NCBI GenBank assembly: GCA_963968165.1
Contig: CAXAFE010000010.1
Span: 471 to 64,470, forward strand
Origin: an uncultured Candidatus Poseidoniales archaeon
Lineage (GTDB): Archaea; Thermoplasmatota; Poseidoniia; Poseidoniales; Thalassarchaeaceae
Direction: 5' to 3'
Length of the DNA stretch: 64,000 nucleotides
Shown one piece after another: positions 1 through 9,694 of the stretch. The translations under genes were made by a program, and so were the position numbers. Every line of letters starts with the position of its first letter. Position 1 is the stretch's first letter. The notes beneath the pieces are model-generated. The model saw nothing but the letters and a program-made list of their open reading frames with translations. It had not been told where the DNA came from and did no database searches.

Positions 1-9
1 GTTGATGTA

Positions 10-735
10 ATGGCAATTAACCTAGATCCAGGTGCTGAAAGAGTCCATTATGATCCAGAATTTGACGTTAGAGATTTAGTATCATTGTCAGATGTCATGA
101 GCGAATACGATTTAGGGCCAAATGGGGCACAAATATTAGCTGCAGACTTAGTCGCATCTCAAGCAGAAGATGTATTTGAAGAAATAGAAGGATTATCGGG
201 AGATATGTTGATAGTAGATACTCCAGGTCAGGTAGAATTATTCGCATTTAGAGAAGCATCTAGCCATTTAGTAGAAGTTTTGGGTCAAGGTAGAGCATGT
301 TTAGTTTTCTTGTTTGATCCTATGCTATCTCGGACTCCTAGTGGTTTTGTTTCTCAGATGCTACTATCCTCCATAGTTCATTTCAGATTAGGTCTTCCAA
401 CTGCAAACTTTCTATCCAAGACTGATTTACTAGAGCCGGATGAATTGCAAAAGATTTTGGATTGGGGAGATAATTTAGATATTTTAGAAGTTGCATTGTA
501 TGAAGAATCCGAACAACAGTCGCATGATGTAAAATCCGGGAGTCAAAGAGCGGAATTTGCAATAGGTCAATTAAGAATGATGCAGAATGCGGCAATTCAA
601 CCCGGACTAATTCCATTATCTAGTGAGGTAGAAGATGGTTTGGCTGATGTACTGACATTTGCTCAAAGCATATTTGGCGGAATGGCCGATACAAGAGATG
701 GATTTGCAGGAGATATAGAAAATGAGCGATCATGA
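10..735 (+). CDS. GPN-loop GTPase (ATP/GTP-binding protein), 5'-truncated by window edge
   Basis: NLDPG, LGPNGA (GPN loop), DTPGQVE and SKTD motifs. The P-loop is absent and the frame stays open to the window start. Confidence 0.9.
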   Translation: MAINLDPGAERVHYDPEFDVRDLVSLSDVMSEYDLGPNGAQILAADLVASQAEDVFEEIEGLSGDMLIVDTPGQVELFAFREASSHLVEVLGQGRACLVFLFDPMLSRTPSGFVSQMLLSSIVHFRLGLPTANFLSKTDLLEPDELQKILDWGDNLDILEVALYEESEQQSHDVKSGSQRAEFAIGQLRMMQNAAIQPGLIPLSSEVEDGLADVLTFAQSIFGGMADTRDGFAGDIENERS

Positions 736-1681
736 GAATAAAAGAGACTTATTATCAATAAATGATTTTAGAGAAGAATTACCAAACCTAATTGATTGGG
801 CAATTAGAATAAAAAATGGTGAAGGGATAGTTGATGAGTTTAAGCCTCTAGAAGGGATGACAATAGGTTCAATATACGAAAAACCATCAACAAGAACTAG
901 AGTTTCATTTGAAGTAGGAGTGAATAAATTAGGTGGACAACCGCTTACATTACTATCAAATGACATTCAATTAGGAAAAAGTGAATCAATAGCAGATACG
1001 GCAGCAGTTCTGTCCCGTTATCTAGATGGCATGACATATAGATGCTTTAAACACGAAGATGTGACAGACTTAGCGAAATATTCCACTATACCTGTGATAA
1101 ACGCACTTTCAGATCTCCATCACCCTTGTCAAGCTGCTGCTGATTTAATGACAATAACGGAGCACAAAAAAAAGGTAAATGGACATATTTCATGGGTCGG
1201 AGATGGAAATAATGTTTTTCATGATCTATTATTAGCAAGTGTATCTATGGGACATGATGTCACTTATGCGACTCCTATTGGCTATGAGCCCAATACTGAA
1301 ATATTGAAGAGCGCACAAAAAATTGCACAAGATACAGGTGCGAATATATTGGGTACTAATGACCCAATTGAGGCAGTTACAGATGCTGGAGTCGTTTATA
1401 CAGATATATTTGTTTCAATGGGTGAAGAACATATGAAAAATAAATTTGAAGCCTTTGAAGGATTCCAAATAAATGATGATTTAGTATCTAAAGCTGACCC
1501 TGACTACCTATTCATGCATTGTCTACCGGCGCATAGGGGTGAAGAAGTTACAAATAATGTAATTGACTCTAAGAATAGTGTAGTTTTTGACCAAGCAGAA
1601 AATAGAATGTGGGCTCAAATGTCTCTTCTAACTTTTATGTGTAATGAAAATGCATGGCATACATTTAATGAACTTTATTAA
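722..1681 (+). CDS. argF: Ornithine carbamoyltransferase
   Basis: STRTR carbamoyl-phosphate motif, HPCQ, SMG and HCLP motifs. Confidence 0.95.
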   Translation: MSDHENKRDLLSINDFREELPNLIDWAIRIKNGEGIVDEFKPLEGMTIGSIYEKPSTRTRVSFEVGVNKLGGQPLTLLSNDIQLGKSESIADTAAVLSRYLDGMTYRCFKHEDVTDLAKYSTIPVINALSDLHHPCQAAADLMTITEHKKKVNGHISWVGDGNNVFHDLLLASVSMGHDVTYATPIGYEPNTEILKSAQKIAQDTGANILGTNDPIEAVTDAGVVYTDIFVSMGEEHMKNKFEAFEGFQINDDLVSKADPDYLFMHCLPAHRGEEVTNNVIDSKNSVVFDQAENRMWAQMSLLTFMCNENAWHTFNELY

Positions 1682-2586
1682 ATTAATGAGGAAACAAGGA
1701 ATCCCCCAATACACATAAATAATGATTTTTTTAACAACTGTTGTGCTTGAAAGTCTTGAGATAATGCTAGCTTTGTTTTAACTTGTAGTAGAAGGAAAAT
1801 TGCTGGAATAGTAAAAATAAGATGGTTCGGATTAAATATTTCTATTGCAAATGGCATAATTATGGAAATTAAAGTAACTAATGAAATTCCATATGCAATT
1901 ATTCTAGTTTTTTCTGGGCCAATTTTCATGGCCAATGTATTCCTTCCTTCATCTCCGTCCATGTCTTGTACATCTTTTATGATTTCTCTAGAAAGATTGT
2001 AAAGAAATCCGATGATTGCGATTGATATGACTCGGATATTGAAAGGCTGATACACTCCTGCAGAGCCCAATAGTACTACCAATGAAACTGATGCACTAAT
2101 AGCAATATTTCCAGGTAATCCACGATTTTTTAAGTTCATACTATACTTTGAAGATGATTCATAATTTATTAATAGGAATACTGCCAAAATCCAGATTATT
2201 ATAGAAGGAGACCATTTACTTAATCCATTTAATGATAAATTTGCAAAATATGATGCTAAAACCATCGATAATATTGAAGCAGCCATCATCACCATGATTC
2301 CAATTTTTGCAGAATCTAGAGATATAGAATTTGATGGTAGTGGTTTCCTTGGCTTATTCAATTTATCTATATCATAATCGAGATAATCATTTAGAGCATT
2401 CCAAGATGCCATAAAAAAGAATACTGAAATTGCTTGTAATAATGTTATATAAAGGTAATTACCAGTTGGAAAATATTCAAGAGCCATGATTGAGCCAAGT
2501 AAAACTCCTATAATTCCACTGATATTATTTCCTAGACGGAAAAGTATAGCCCAATTTTTAAGATTGTTAGTTTTTCCCACAGTCAT
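1678..2586 (-). CDS. UbiA-family prenyltransferase, likely digeranylgeranylglyceryl-phosphate synthase
   Basis: NDYLDYDIDKLNKPRKPLPS and REIIKDVQDMDGD Asp-rich motifs; multiple TM helices. Confidence 0.85.
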   Translation of the reverse strand: MTVGKTNNLKNWAILFRLGNNISGIIGVLLGSIMALEYFPTGNYLYITLLQAISVFFFMASWNALNDYLDYDIDKLNKPRKPLPSNSISLDSAKIGIMVMMAASILSMVLASYFANLSLNGLSKWSPSIIIWILAVFLLINYESSSKYSMNLKNRGLPGNIAISASVSLVVLLGSAGVYQPFNIRVISIAIIGFLYNLSREIIKDVQDMDGDEGRNTLAMKIGPEKTRIIAYGISLVTLISIIMPFAIEIFNPNHLIFTIPAIFLLLQVKTKLALSQDFQAQQLLKKSLFMCIGGFLVSSLI

Positions 2587-2610
2587 CCGGAGAAGATTGA
2601 GAACTTTACG

Positions 2611-2868
2611 TTATTGGGTCATAATGGGTTCGGTAATTTTGCTTAATCCCCAAACGCAAACAGTATATACGCTACCCCTAAACTGCCCTCTCGTATGACC
2701 AATTTTATCAAATCTAATATCTTTTGCTAGGATATTTCCTACTTGATTCATAGTTGCCCCCCATCGAAAACGGCTATTTAGATGATCAAAAATTTCCACA
2801 GTATTTGCAGTTTCGTTTTCCATGAGAAATGTCCTAACTTCTTCTCGTAACCTGCGAGTACCTGACAT
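2611..2868 (-). CDS. Small winged-helix-like protein (DUF3860-like)
   Basis: 85 aa, basic; TVEIFDHLN...GATMNQVGNILAKD...VCVW pattern. Its ATG overlaps the upstream TGA. Confidence 0.65.
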   Translation of the reverse strand: MSGTRRLREEVRTFLMENETANTVEIFDHLNSRFRWGATMNQVGNILAKDIRFDKIGHTRGQFRGSVYTVCVWGLSKITEPIMTQ

Positions 2869-3158
2869 CAGAATACCTCCACGTGATCAATATTTGAAGA
2901 CTGGAATCTTTTCCTTAATCCGTCCCAGCCGTTAGCATTGATAGAAATAGGTAAAGTTTGTTTTTCCATTGGTTTCCAACAATCATCGATATTTTTTGGG
3001 ATTAATCCATTATGATTGACTAAAATTCCATCATAAGAATTAAAATAAGTAGCATCAACATTGTTAGTTTGAATTAATGTTTCGAGTGGGACAATCCTAC
3101 ATGGTGCGATTCTTTTTCTGTAAATAATTTTGTTATGTACATATTTTGATTGATTCAT
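2868..3158 (-). CDS. Hypothetical protein (~96 aa)
   Basis: Stop overlaps the next start (TGATG). ATG at 3158 is preferred over the ORF-track start at 3233. Confidence 0.55.
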   Translation of the reverse strand: MNQSKYVHNKIIYRKRIAPCRIVPLETLIQTNNVDATYFNSYDGILVNHNGLIPKNIDDCWKPMEKQTLPISINANGWDGLRKRFQSSNIDHVEVF

Positions 3159-3278
3159 AGTACTATGTAATGTGTTCAACATATTAACCAAAGTATGAGA
3201 GAGTATGGTGAATGTGAAAGTGAACAGTATCATTTTTTACATTGTTTTCATAAACATGTGTGATTCCGAAAGAGTATT

Positions 3279-3356
3279 GCTCGTGTGGTGTAGTTCGGCC
3301 CATCATGTCGCCCTCTCGAGGCGACGACCCGGGTTCAAATCCCGGCACGAGCACCA
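3279..3356 (+). tRNA. tRNA-Glu (CTC)
   Basis: Acceptor GCTCGTG/CACGAGC, anticodon arm TCGCC-CT-CTC-GA-GGCGA, GGTTCAAATCC T-arm, terminal ACCA. Confidence 0.97.
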
Positions 3357-3396
3357 ATAATATAATTATTAATTGTAAATAATACGCAGATTAAAG

Positions 3397-6180
3397 TCAT
3401 GTAAATACACTTTTACTATGCAATTCTCCCCTAGGTGAAAGATTTTGTTCTAAAGCCTGACGAACTTTTTTTCTTCCTTCTTCATTATACCCGTAAACAA
3501 CTTCTCCTGGGCTTACCTCAAAATTCCAATATTCTTGGAATATTAATGCATCTTCTTTGTTTTGAGCTAATTTTTTAGGTATAGAATGGTACATTACTAA
3601 TGAGTTTTTCTTTTTTCTAAAGTATTTCCCAAATACTTCAGGAAGTAATTTACTTATCCAAGTATCATTAAGAGTTTTTACTTGTCTTGGAATCATATAT
3701 CTTGGATTATCTAAGGGCCCCAATACTTGAGCCATGGCTTCTATAAATATCTTACATTCATCCTCAGTTGTATCTTCGAGATATGCCCTAACCCAGCCTC
3801 CTCCTCTATCTCCTCCTGATACTTTAAAGCCTCTTTTGAGGAATCCTGAAGTCCTCAAGGCCCCTGAGACCGCATTCGCAATTGCAAGTATTAATGATTC
3901 ATCATTCCATACTGGCTGTTCGAATGCAACACTTAATATGGGCCAGCCTCCAGAAAATCCACCATTCATTTTAAATTCCATTGCTTCAATTGGGACTTCA
4001 TTAAATGGCTCACCGATTTTCCACAAATTTCTTGTTCTTTCTCTATTTTGTGCCCTTTTTAACATATCTTCATTAAATGCATCTAGAGTTTCAGAAATTC
4101 CTTTGGGGCGTACTTCTGTGAAGGCTGCATGAACATGACCAACCCCTTTTTCTATCGCACTGTCATCACATACTCCATACAATCTTGAGTGTTTTCTTTT
4201 GAAACGGTCATAATCCTCAAATCCTTTACTAAATTCTTCTGCTAAACATACAATATCCCAATTATTAGCAACCTTATTTGGATTATGTTTATCCAGTCGG
4301 AATGATCTTCCCCTTAATTGATTAATACTCATGCTTGTTGTCACCGTTGTTAAATCAATTAAAACATTGATTCTGCTTGCATCCCAACCTTCTCCAAGAA
4401 GTCCCCGTGTTCCTACCAAACATTTTGTTACTCCATCTTGAAACATTTCAGTTACCATCTCAGTATAATATCGTGGTTTCCATTGCGATCCTATGCCCCT
4501 TATTTCATGAAATTCTTCTCTTTCTACATCTTCTAGTCTAATATCAAGTTTTCTTTCTTTAATCCATTTTTCAAATCTAGGCATGATTATTTCAAAGAGG
4601 TCATCATCGATGAGCACTGTGGAGCCAGTCATCAAAACGGGATTTAAAATATCTGTCGATTCATCTTCCAATAATGCACGGAATGCTGCAATTGCACCTC
4701 CTGCATTTTTATCAAGTGCACCCTTTACAATCGCTGTGGCAGAAGTTTTTTCAAAATCAGTAACAATCACTGCCCGTATATCAGGGCCTAATATTTGCAT
4801 TTCAGCTGATAAAATATTCTTTAATGCATCATATTTTGCTGAAGCGTAGGCCATCACACGGCCCACAGGAGATGTACAAGGCCTAATCCCTGTTTCAGTT
4901 ACTTGATGGCCAAGCATCCTCAATCTTTGTTTGGCTATTTCTGCTAATTCGTGATCTTTGACATTCTTAGATCGCATTAATCCATGTCTGATATACCTAT
5001 CCAATAAAGGAATTATGATAGAATAATTGTTCATATTGAGATCCAATAATTTTTGTTCTGGTTTAGGTATTTTGGAAGGTAGATTAATTTCTTTTGAAAG
5101 TAAATATAGTCTTGAATTATTGGCTAATACCTCATCTCTTCTTACAAAATTAATCCAATTTTTTGCAGGACCGCCAGGTAATAAGAGATTTTCTAAAACT
5201 TTTGTTAACCAAATATCTAGTTTTGGAACCTGATTAATAGACTCTACAGAGCCGGTACTAATATCTCTAATTAATTCATCAAACTGCTTATCAACATTAG
5301 CAATATATATTAATTCTTCAGCATTTGGCCTTACAAAATATGCTAAATCTTGATAAGGAGATAAATTAGAATCTCTCACTAAAGCGGGGACCGGTACTTC
5401 ATAATCCACTTTACCAAAAAAATCCATATATCTTTCAGCATCATTTTGATTAATAGAGCCCATATCCGGAGGGGTTGCAGTAAGGCCCAAGACAATTGGA
5501 TTTCCAAAGTATTTTCTTATTTCAACGAGGATTCGCCCCCAATGCCCCAATAAGTGATGGCATTCATCAAGAATAATCAAGCCAATTCCTACTTTAGCAA
5601 GATTTTCCAGATTTTTTTTTGAAGATTCATGTAAAATCCATAAGGCATTCCCATGAGTTGTAAAATCATCTCTGACTTTTTTACGATAGTAACTTAATCT
5701 TCCATTATAGTAATTTGGATTATTCTCTTTGAGATCACCAATCCACCATTCAGCAGTTTCTAAATTGTCAGCCTCCTTATTTAGAATTAATTTATTTTTC
5801 CATAATTCTATGGCAGTTTCATTTAGATTTTCATCTGCTCTTTTTGGGAGTGTCAATGACTGGTATGTCAATGAAGTGAGGAGCCCGGGCGATTTAGGAT
5901 CCGTACCAATCAAGTCCCCCTTGGTGTCTAAATTGAACAGTTCTCTTGCTCTTGCGATCCACTGTGCTTGAATAGCAGAATTTGGGCTTAAGACTAATGT
6001 TGGTAGCCTGACTAAATCTGACCAAGTATACAAACCAAGTACAGTTTTTCCAGACCCGGGAGGAGCCACTATATGCAAATCTCTTTCATTAGAATCTAAT
6101 TGTTTACGAATTATATTAGAAGAGGCAATCTGTGAAGGTCTTAATTTTCCTAGAAAACCAATCTGCCCGAATTGCTCCAT
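3397..6180 (-). CDS. Superfamily 2 DEAD/DEAH-box (ResIII-like) helicase
   Basis: APPGSGKT, DECHH, GLTATP, LLGEGWD and QLRGR motifs. Start moved to MEQFGQ at 6180. Confidence 0.9.
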   Translation of the reverse strand: MEQFGQIGFLGKLRPSQIASSNIIRKQLDSNERDLHIVAPPGSGKTVLGLYTWSDLVRLPTLVLSPNSAIQAQWIARARELFNLDTKGDLIGTDPKSPGLLTSLTYQSLTLPKRADENLNETAIELWKNKLILNKEADNLETAEWWIGDLKENNPNYYNGRLSYYRKKVRDDFTTHGNALWILHESSKKNLENLAKVGIGLIILDECHHLLGHWGRILVEIRKYFGNPIVLGLTATPPDMGSINQNDAERYMDFFGKVDYEVPVPALVRDSNLSPYQDLAYFVRPNAEELIYIANVDKQFDELIRDISTGSVESINQVPKLDIWLTKVLENLLLPGGPAKNWINFVRRDEVLANNSRLYLLSKEINLPSKIPKPEQKLLDLNMNNYSIIIPLLDRYIRHGLMRSKNVKDHELAEIAKQRLRMLGHQVTETGIRPCTSPVGRVMAYASAKYDALKNILSAEMQILGPDIRAVIVTDFEKTSATAIVKGALDKNAGGAIAAFRALLEDESTDILNPVLMTGSTVLIDDDLFEIIMPRFEKWIKERKLDIRLEDVEREEFHEIRGIGSQWKPRYYTEMVTEMFQDGVTKCLVGTRGLLGEGWDASRINVLIDLTTVTTSMSINQLRGRSFRLDKHNPNKVANNWDIVCLAEEFSKGFEDYDRFKRKHSRLYGVCDDSAIEKGVGHVHAAFTEVRPKGISETLDAFNEDMLKRAQNRERTRNLWKIGEPFNEVPIEAMEFKMNGGFSGGWPILSVAFEQPVWNDESLILAIANAVSGALRTSGFLKRGFKVSGGDRGGGWVRAYLEDTTEDECKIFIEAMAQVLGPLDNPRYMIPRQVKTLNDTWISKLLPEVFGKYFRKKKNSLVMYHSIPKKLAQNKEDALIFQEYWNFEVSPGEVVYGYNEEGRKKVRQALEQNLSPRGELHSKSVFT

Positions 6181-6320
6181 ATATACTTCACAACCATTCA
6201 CTGTAAAGAAATTATTCTCATAAACGTATGTAAATAATTTATAAAAGAGATAAATATACATATATTTTTTTAATTTAGAGAAACATTATTAATTAAATAA
6301 TCTTAGATTAGCGGAGGTAT

Positions 6321-7223
6321 ATGGAATCCGGCCGTAGAGATATGCGACTAAGTACTATAGTCGTGGTAAGCGCACTAATAATTACCACATTGATGGTAGC
6401 GGCAACTCAGACAAACTCTGTTATTATAAATGGGTATTCGGCTATAATTTACTGTGCCGTCATCGCCATTGGCGTCCAGTGGCTTGCATGGTTGCCGGCA
6501 TCAATTAAAAAAACTGAAAGCTTTTATGATATAGTAGGTGGCTTTACTTATTTGGCAATTGTGGTTTTTAGTCTGTGGGCAGGGTCACAAAGTGAAACGC
6601 CAAGTTTAAGAGAATTAATCATTAGTTCACTTGTAATAATCTGGTCATTACGCTTGTCGAGTTTTCTCTTTATTCGCATCCATCGGGCAGGCAAAGACGG
6701 CAGATTTGATGACTTGAAAACTTCCCCAATTAGATTCATAATCCCGTGGACCCTACAAGGATTATGGGTTTTTCTTACCATGAATGTAGTTATAGTAATT
6801 AATAGCCAGTCTGGTCAGGCACCCCCATTAGGAATATGGGATAGTATAGGAATGATTTTTTGGATTTTAGGATTTGGAATTGAAGTAGTTTCTGATCGAC
6901 AAAAAATAGCGTTCAATGCCGACCCTCAAAATAGTGGTAAATGGATAGATCATGGCCTATGGTCAATTTCCAGACATCCCAATTATCTAGGAGAAATAAT
7001 TTTATGGCTGGGAATTGCTTGTTTTGGAATCACTTGTTTAACAGGATTTGAAAGAATGGCATGGATTTCTCCTATTTTTGTATTTTTACTTCTTACCAAA
7101 GTTAGTGGAATTCCAATATTAGATAAGAGAGGTATGGCCAAATGGGGAGATAATCCAAAATATATGGAATACAGAAGTAATACTCCTGAACTTTTTCCAA
7201 GTATAGGAATTTTTAATCGTTGA
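6321..7223 (+). CDS. DUF1295 / steroid 5-alpha-reductase-like membrane protein
   Basis: WSLRLSSFLFIRI..GKDGRF, GLWSISRHPNYLGE and SGIPILD motifs. Confidence 0.88.
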   Translation: MESGRRDMRLSTIVVVSALIITTLMVAATQTNSVIINGYSAIIYCAVIAIGVQWLAWLPASIKKTESFYDIVGGFTYLAIVVFSLWAGSQSETPSLRELIISSLVIIWSLRLSSFLFIRIHRAGKDGRFDDLKTSPIRFIIPWTLQGLWVFLTMNVVIVINSQSGQAPPLGIWDSIGMIFWILGFGIEVVSDRQKIAFNADPQNSGKWIDHGLWSISRHPNYLGEIILWLGIACFGITCLTGFERMAWISPIFVFLLLTKVSGIPILDKRGMAKWGDNPKYMEYRSNTPELFPSIGIFNR

Positions 7224-7265
7224 ATTGAGATATTTATTTTTTCAGAAACTGTATATAAACTATAA

Positions 7266-7646
7266 ATGGGGAATAATATGTCATCTGGGAATAAAAGTAA
7301 TTATTGTACAGTTTGTAAGAAGATGGGGGAGACGAAATGGCATCAATTATCTAGTTCTAACATTGGCCTAGACAGTAATTTTAATCAATTATTTTCATAT
7401 CCAACTAATAGAATTGAGCTTTGTAATATTTGCGATAATAAATCTAAATCTTTGAAAGGACAAGAAAATAAGAATTTAGAGAAATATAAACTACTTGATA
7501 AGACTAGTAAGAAGCAGAAATCAAATGAGGGGAAAATTCTAGCTAAACAAAAATTCCGAGAAGGGAAGTTTCGTGATCAAAAGGTACATTTAGAAAGAAG
7601 AGGTAAACAAGAAAGGATAACGTCTAAAAAGAGAAAATTACAGTAA
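7266..7646 (+). CDS. Small Zn-binding protein, degenerate HNH-like, basic C-terminus
   Basis: CTVC...TKWH...NRIELCNIC; Lys/Arg-rich tail. Confidence 0.5.
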   Translation: MGNNMSSGNKSNYCTVCKKMGETKWHQLSSSNIGLDSNFNQLFSYPTNRIELCNICDNKSKSLKGQENKNLEKYKLLDKTSKKQKSNEGKILAKQKFREGKFRDQKVHLERRGKQERITSKKRKLQ

Positions 7647-7804
7647 TTTATCATACTTAAAGTGCGTAAATGACTTAATATGTATGTGAAAAATTCAATT
7701 TTGTAAGTTAAATAAAAAGAAAGACTGAATGTAGTTAAGAATATTATTCGAGTATTTTATTGATGTATATTATACAATGCTAAAGAACATTATCAATATA
7801 TATT

Positions 7805-8467
7805 TTAACTTGGCAATACTTCTAATAATACTGCGAAGTAATGGCAAATACTACCAGCAAGCACAAATATATGCCAAATAGCATGGTTAAATGGGATACT
7901 TTGCCACAAGTAGAATCCAACTCCTACTGAGTAGAAAATTCCTCCTAGAATGACTAAAATCATACCTGATTGACCAATTGAATCAAATAATGGTTTTATG
8001 CCAATGACTACAAGCCAGCCCATAATTAAATATGGCTTAACTGAGATATAATTTGGAACATTAATGTTAATAATTCTAAGAGTTATTCCGACTATTGCAC
8101 AACTCCAAATTATAATAAATAATGATATGCCGACCCATCCCCTAAGATTTACTAAAACGAAGGGCGTATACGATCCAGCAATCATAAAATATATCCCGAT
8201 ATGATCCGCAATTCTCATACGATGTTTAGAAACAGGATTAGTAAAAATATGATATAAAGTCGAAAAGAAGTAACAACTGATCATGGAAACGCCAAATGCT
8301 ACGCTTGACAATAATTTCCACAAATCTTTTGTTTGGCTGGCTTCGATAAAGAGGAAATAAGAACCAACGATGGCAAGGATAAATCCTAATCCATGAGTGA
8401 TAGCATTTGCTATCTCTTCGTTTGGGGGATATGGTAAAACGTACAAGTTATCTATATTTTCTCCCAA
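7805..8467 (-). CDS. Hemolysin III / PAQR (TrhA/YqfA-like) membrane protein
   Basis: EEIANAITHG, STLYH, DHIGIYFMIAGSYTPF and HAIWHIFV motifs. Probable TTG start at 8467 after AGGAG. Confidence 0.92.
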   Translation of the reverse strand: MGENIDNLYVLPYPPNEEIANAITHGLGFILAIVGSYFLFIEASQTKDLWKLLSSVAFGVSMISCYFFSTLYHIFTNPVSKHRMRIADHIGIYFMIAGSYTPFVLVNLRGWVGISLFIIIWSCAIVGITLRIININVPNYISVKPYLIMGWLVVIGIKPLFDSIGQSGMILVILGGIFYSVGVGFYLWQSIPFNHAIWHIFVLAGSICHYFAVLLEVLPS

Positions 8468-8845
8468 CTTCTTTTTCTCCTTTTGACATAAATAAATTAT
8501 AAATTCACTAAATCTATATGAATAAATATGGCTAATTTGTAAAATGGTATGTCCAGTGGTATTAAACATTGATTAAAAAAAGTTCTCACTTATTAAAATC
8601 CTAAGTCATTCCTACTATTCTGATTAATTAATTTTCTAGAGATTTACGTTTTAAAATTATTATATGTTTCATACGTCCCTTATATTTTAAAATAGGGACA
8701 GTAGAATAAAGTAACATCATCACAAATCGATGAATAGTGATACTCCGACATGCATTCTATGTTGGTTTTACCTATGAAATACATAACTCATCTAAACATT
8801 TGAATAATATGGCAGTATTTATTATATTTGTACTAATTAGATAAA

Positions 8846-9556
8846 TTAAGAAGATTCAGGTAATTCAACTTTTCCAGATATCATCAATCCACCAATTATG
8901 ACATGAGTAATGATAGTCAAAGGGAAAATTACGTTAAAGAAATCTGGAATATTCAAAATAGGTGCGGCGAGTAATAATGTCCCTAAGGGCATCAATGCTG
9001 GGAGAACAAAATCCATTGCACTCTCTGGTCTTTTGGTTGTAAAAGCAACAAAACCAATAATTATTAAAGAGATTCCCCAAGTTACTGGAGACATTTGCCA
9101 TGCCACTCCTCCAGCATCAAATGCATTGTTCAATGTGTCTTGTTGGTCAGCATCATCCACAAATGCATTTACTACGGCACCAGCAGAACTATCCAAGTCC
9201 GCGTCAGCGTAGTTAATGACGGAAACATTACTGCCCATCCCCATAACAAATGCTATCATAGACCCTATGATTAACATGCTACCAACTGTAAGTAGTTGCT
9301 TATTCATACCTGAGGAATTTTCTATCATTTCAGAGTTTAGAAGGTATAATCCTCCAAACATTACCATAACACCAAGTGATGCTATAATAAGAAGAGGCAT
9401 CAAAGAGTCTGCTTCGTCAACTAGTGATTGTGTACCACGGGATCCAATATAATCTGCTGCAGGCCAGGCAAAAAATGCCCCCAACAGCAATATCGGCCCC
9501 ACAACTAGCATGTACGGCGTTAAACTTGTTTCATTGTCATTAGACATAGTCTCCAC
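8846..9556 (-). CDS. Hypothetical integral membrane protein (~6 TM)
   Basis: Alternating hydrophobic helices with an acidic central loop. Confidence 0.75.
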   Translation of the reverse strand: METMSNDNETSLTPYMLVVGPILLLGAFFAWPAADYIGSRGTQSLVDEADSLMPLLIIASLGVMVMFGGLYLLNSEMIENSSGMNKQLLTVGSMLIIGSMIAFVMGMGSNVSVINYADADLDSSAGAVVNAFVDDADQQDTLNNAFDAGGVAWQMSPVTWGISLIIIGFVAFTTKRPESAMDFVLPALMPLGTLLLAAPILNIPDFFNVIFPLTIITHVIIGGLMISGKVELPESS

Positions 9557-9694
9557 TGATTATAATAATTATATAATAATTGTGGAGTATTATTTCAAAT
9601 AAATTGGAAAAACGACCCTTTATCATTTTTCAGGGATTGAAAAAAACATATTTATTTAGACAATTATTCATATGCGATGGTAATACACCGTTAA

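Noticed and set aside
8448-8489. Short out-of-frame ORF MSKGEKEVGRKYR overlapping the HlyIII start
   Set aside because: Only 13 codons and explained by the purine-rich RBS region; resemblance to the GFP N-terminus is coincidental.
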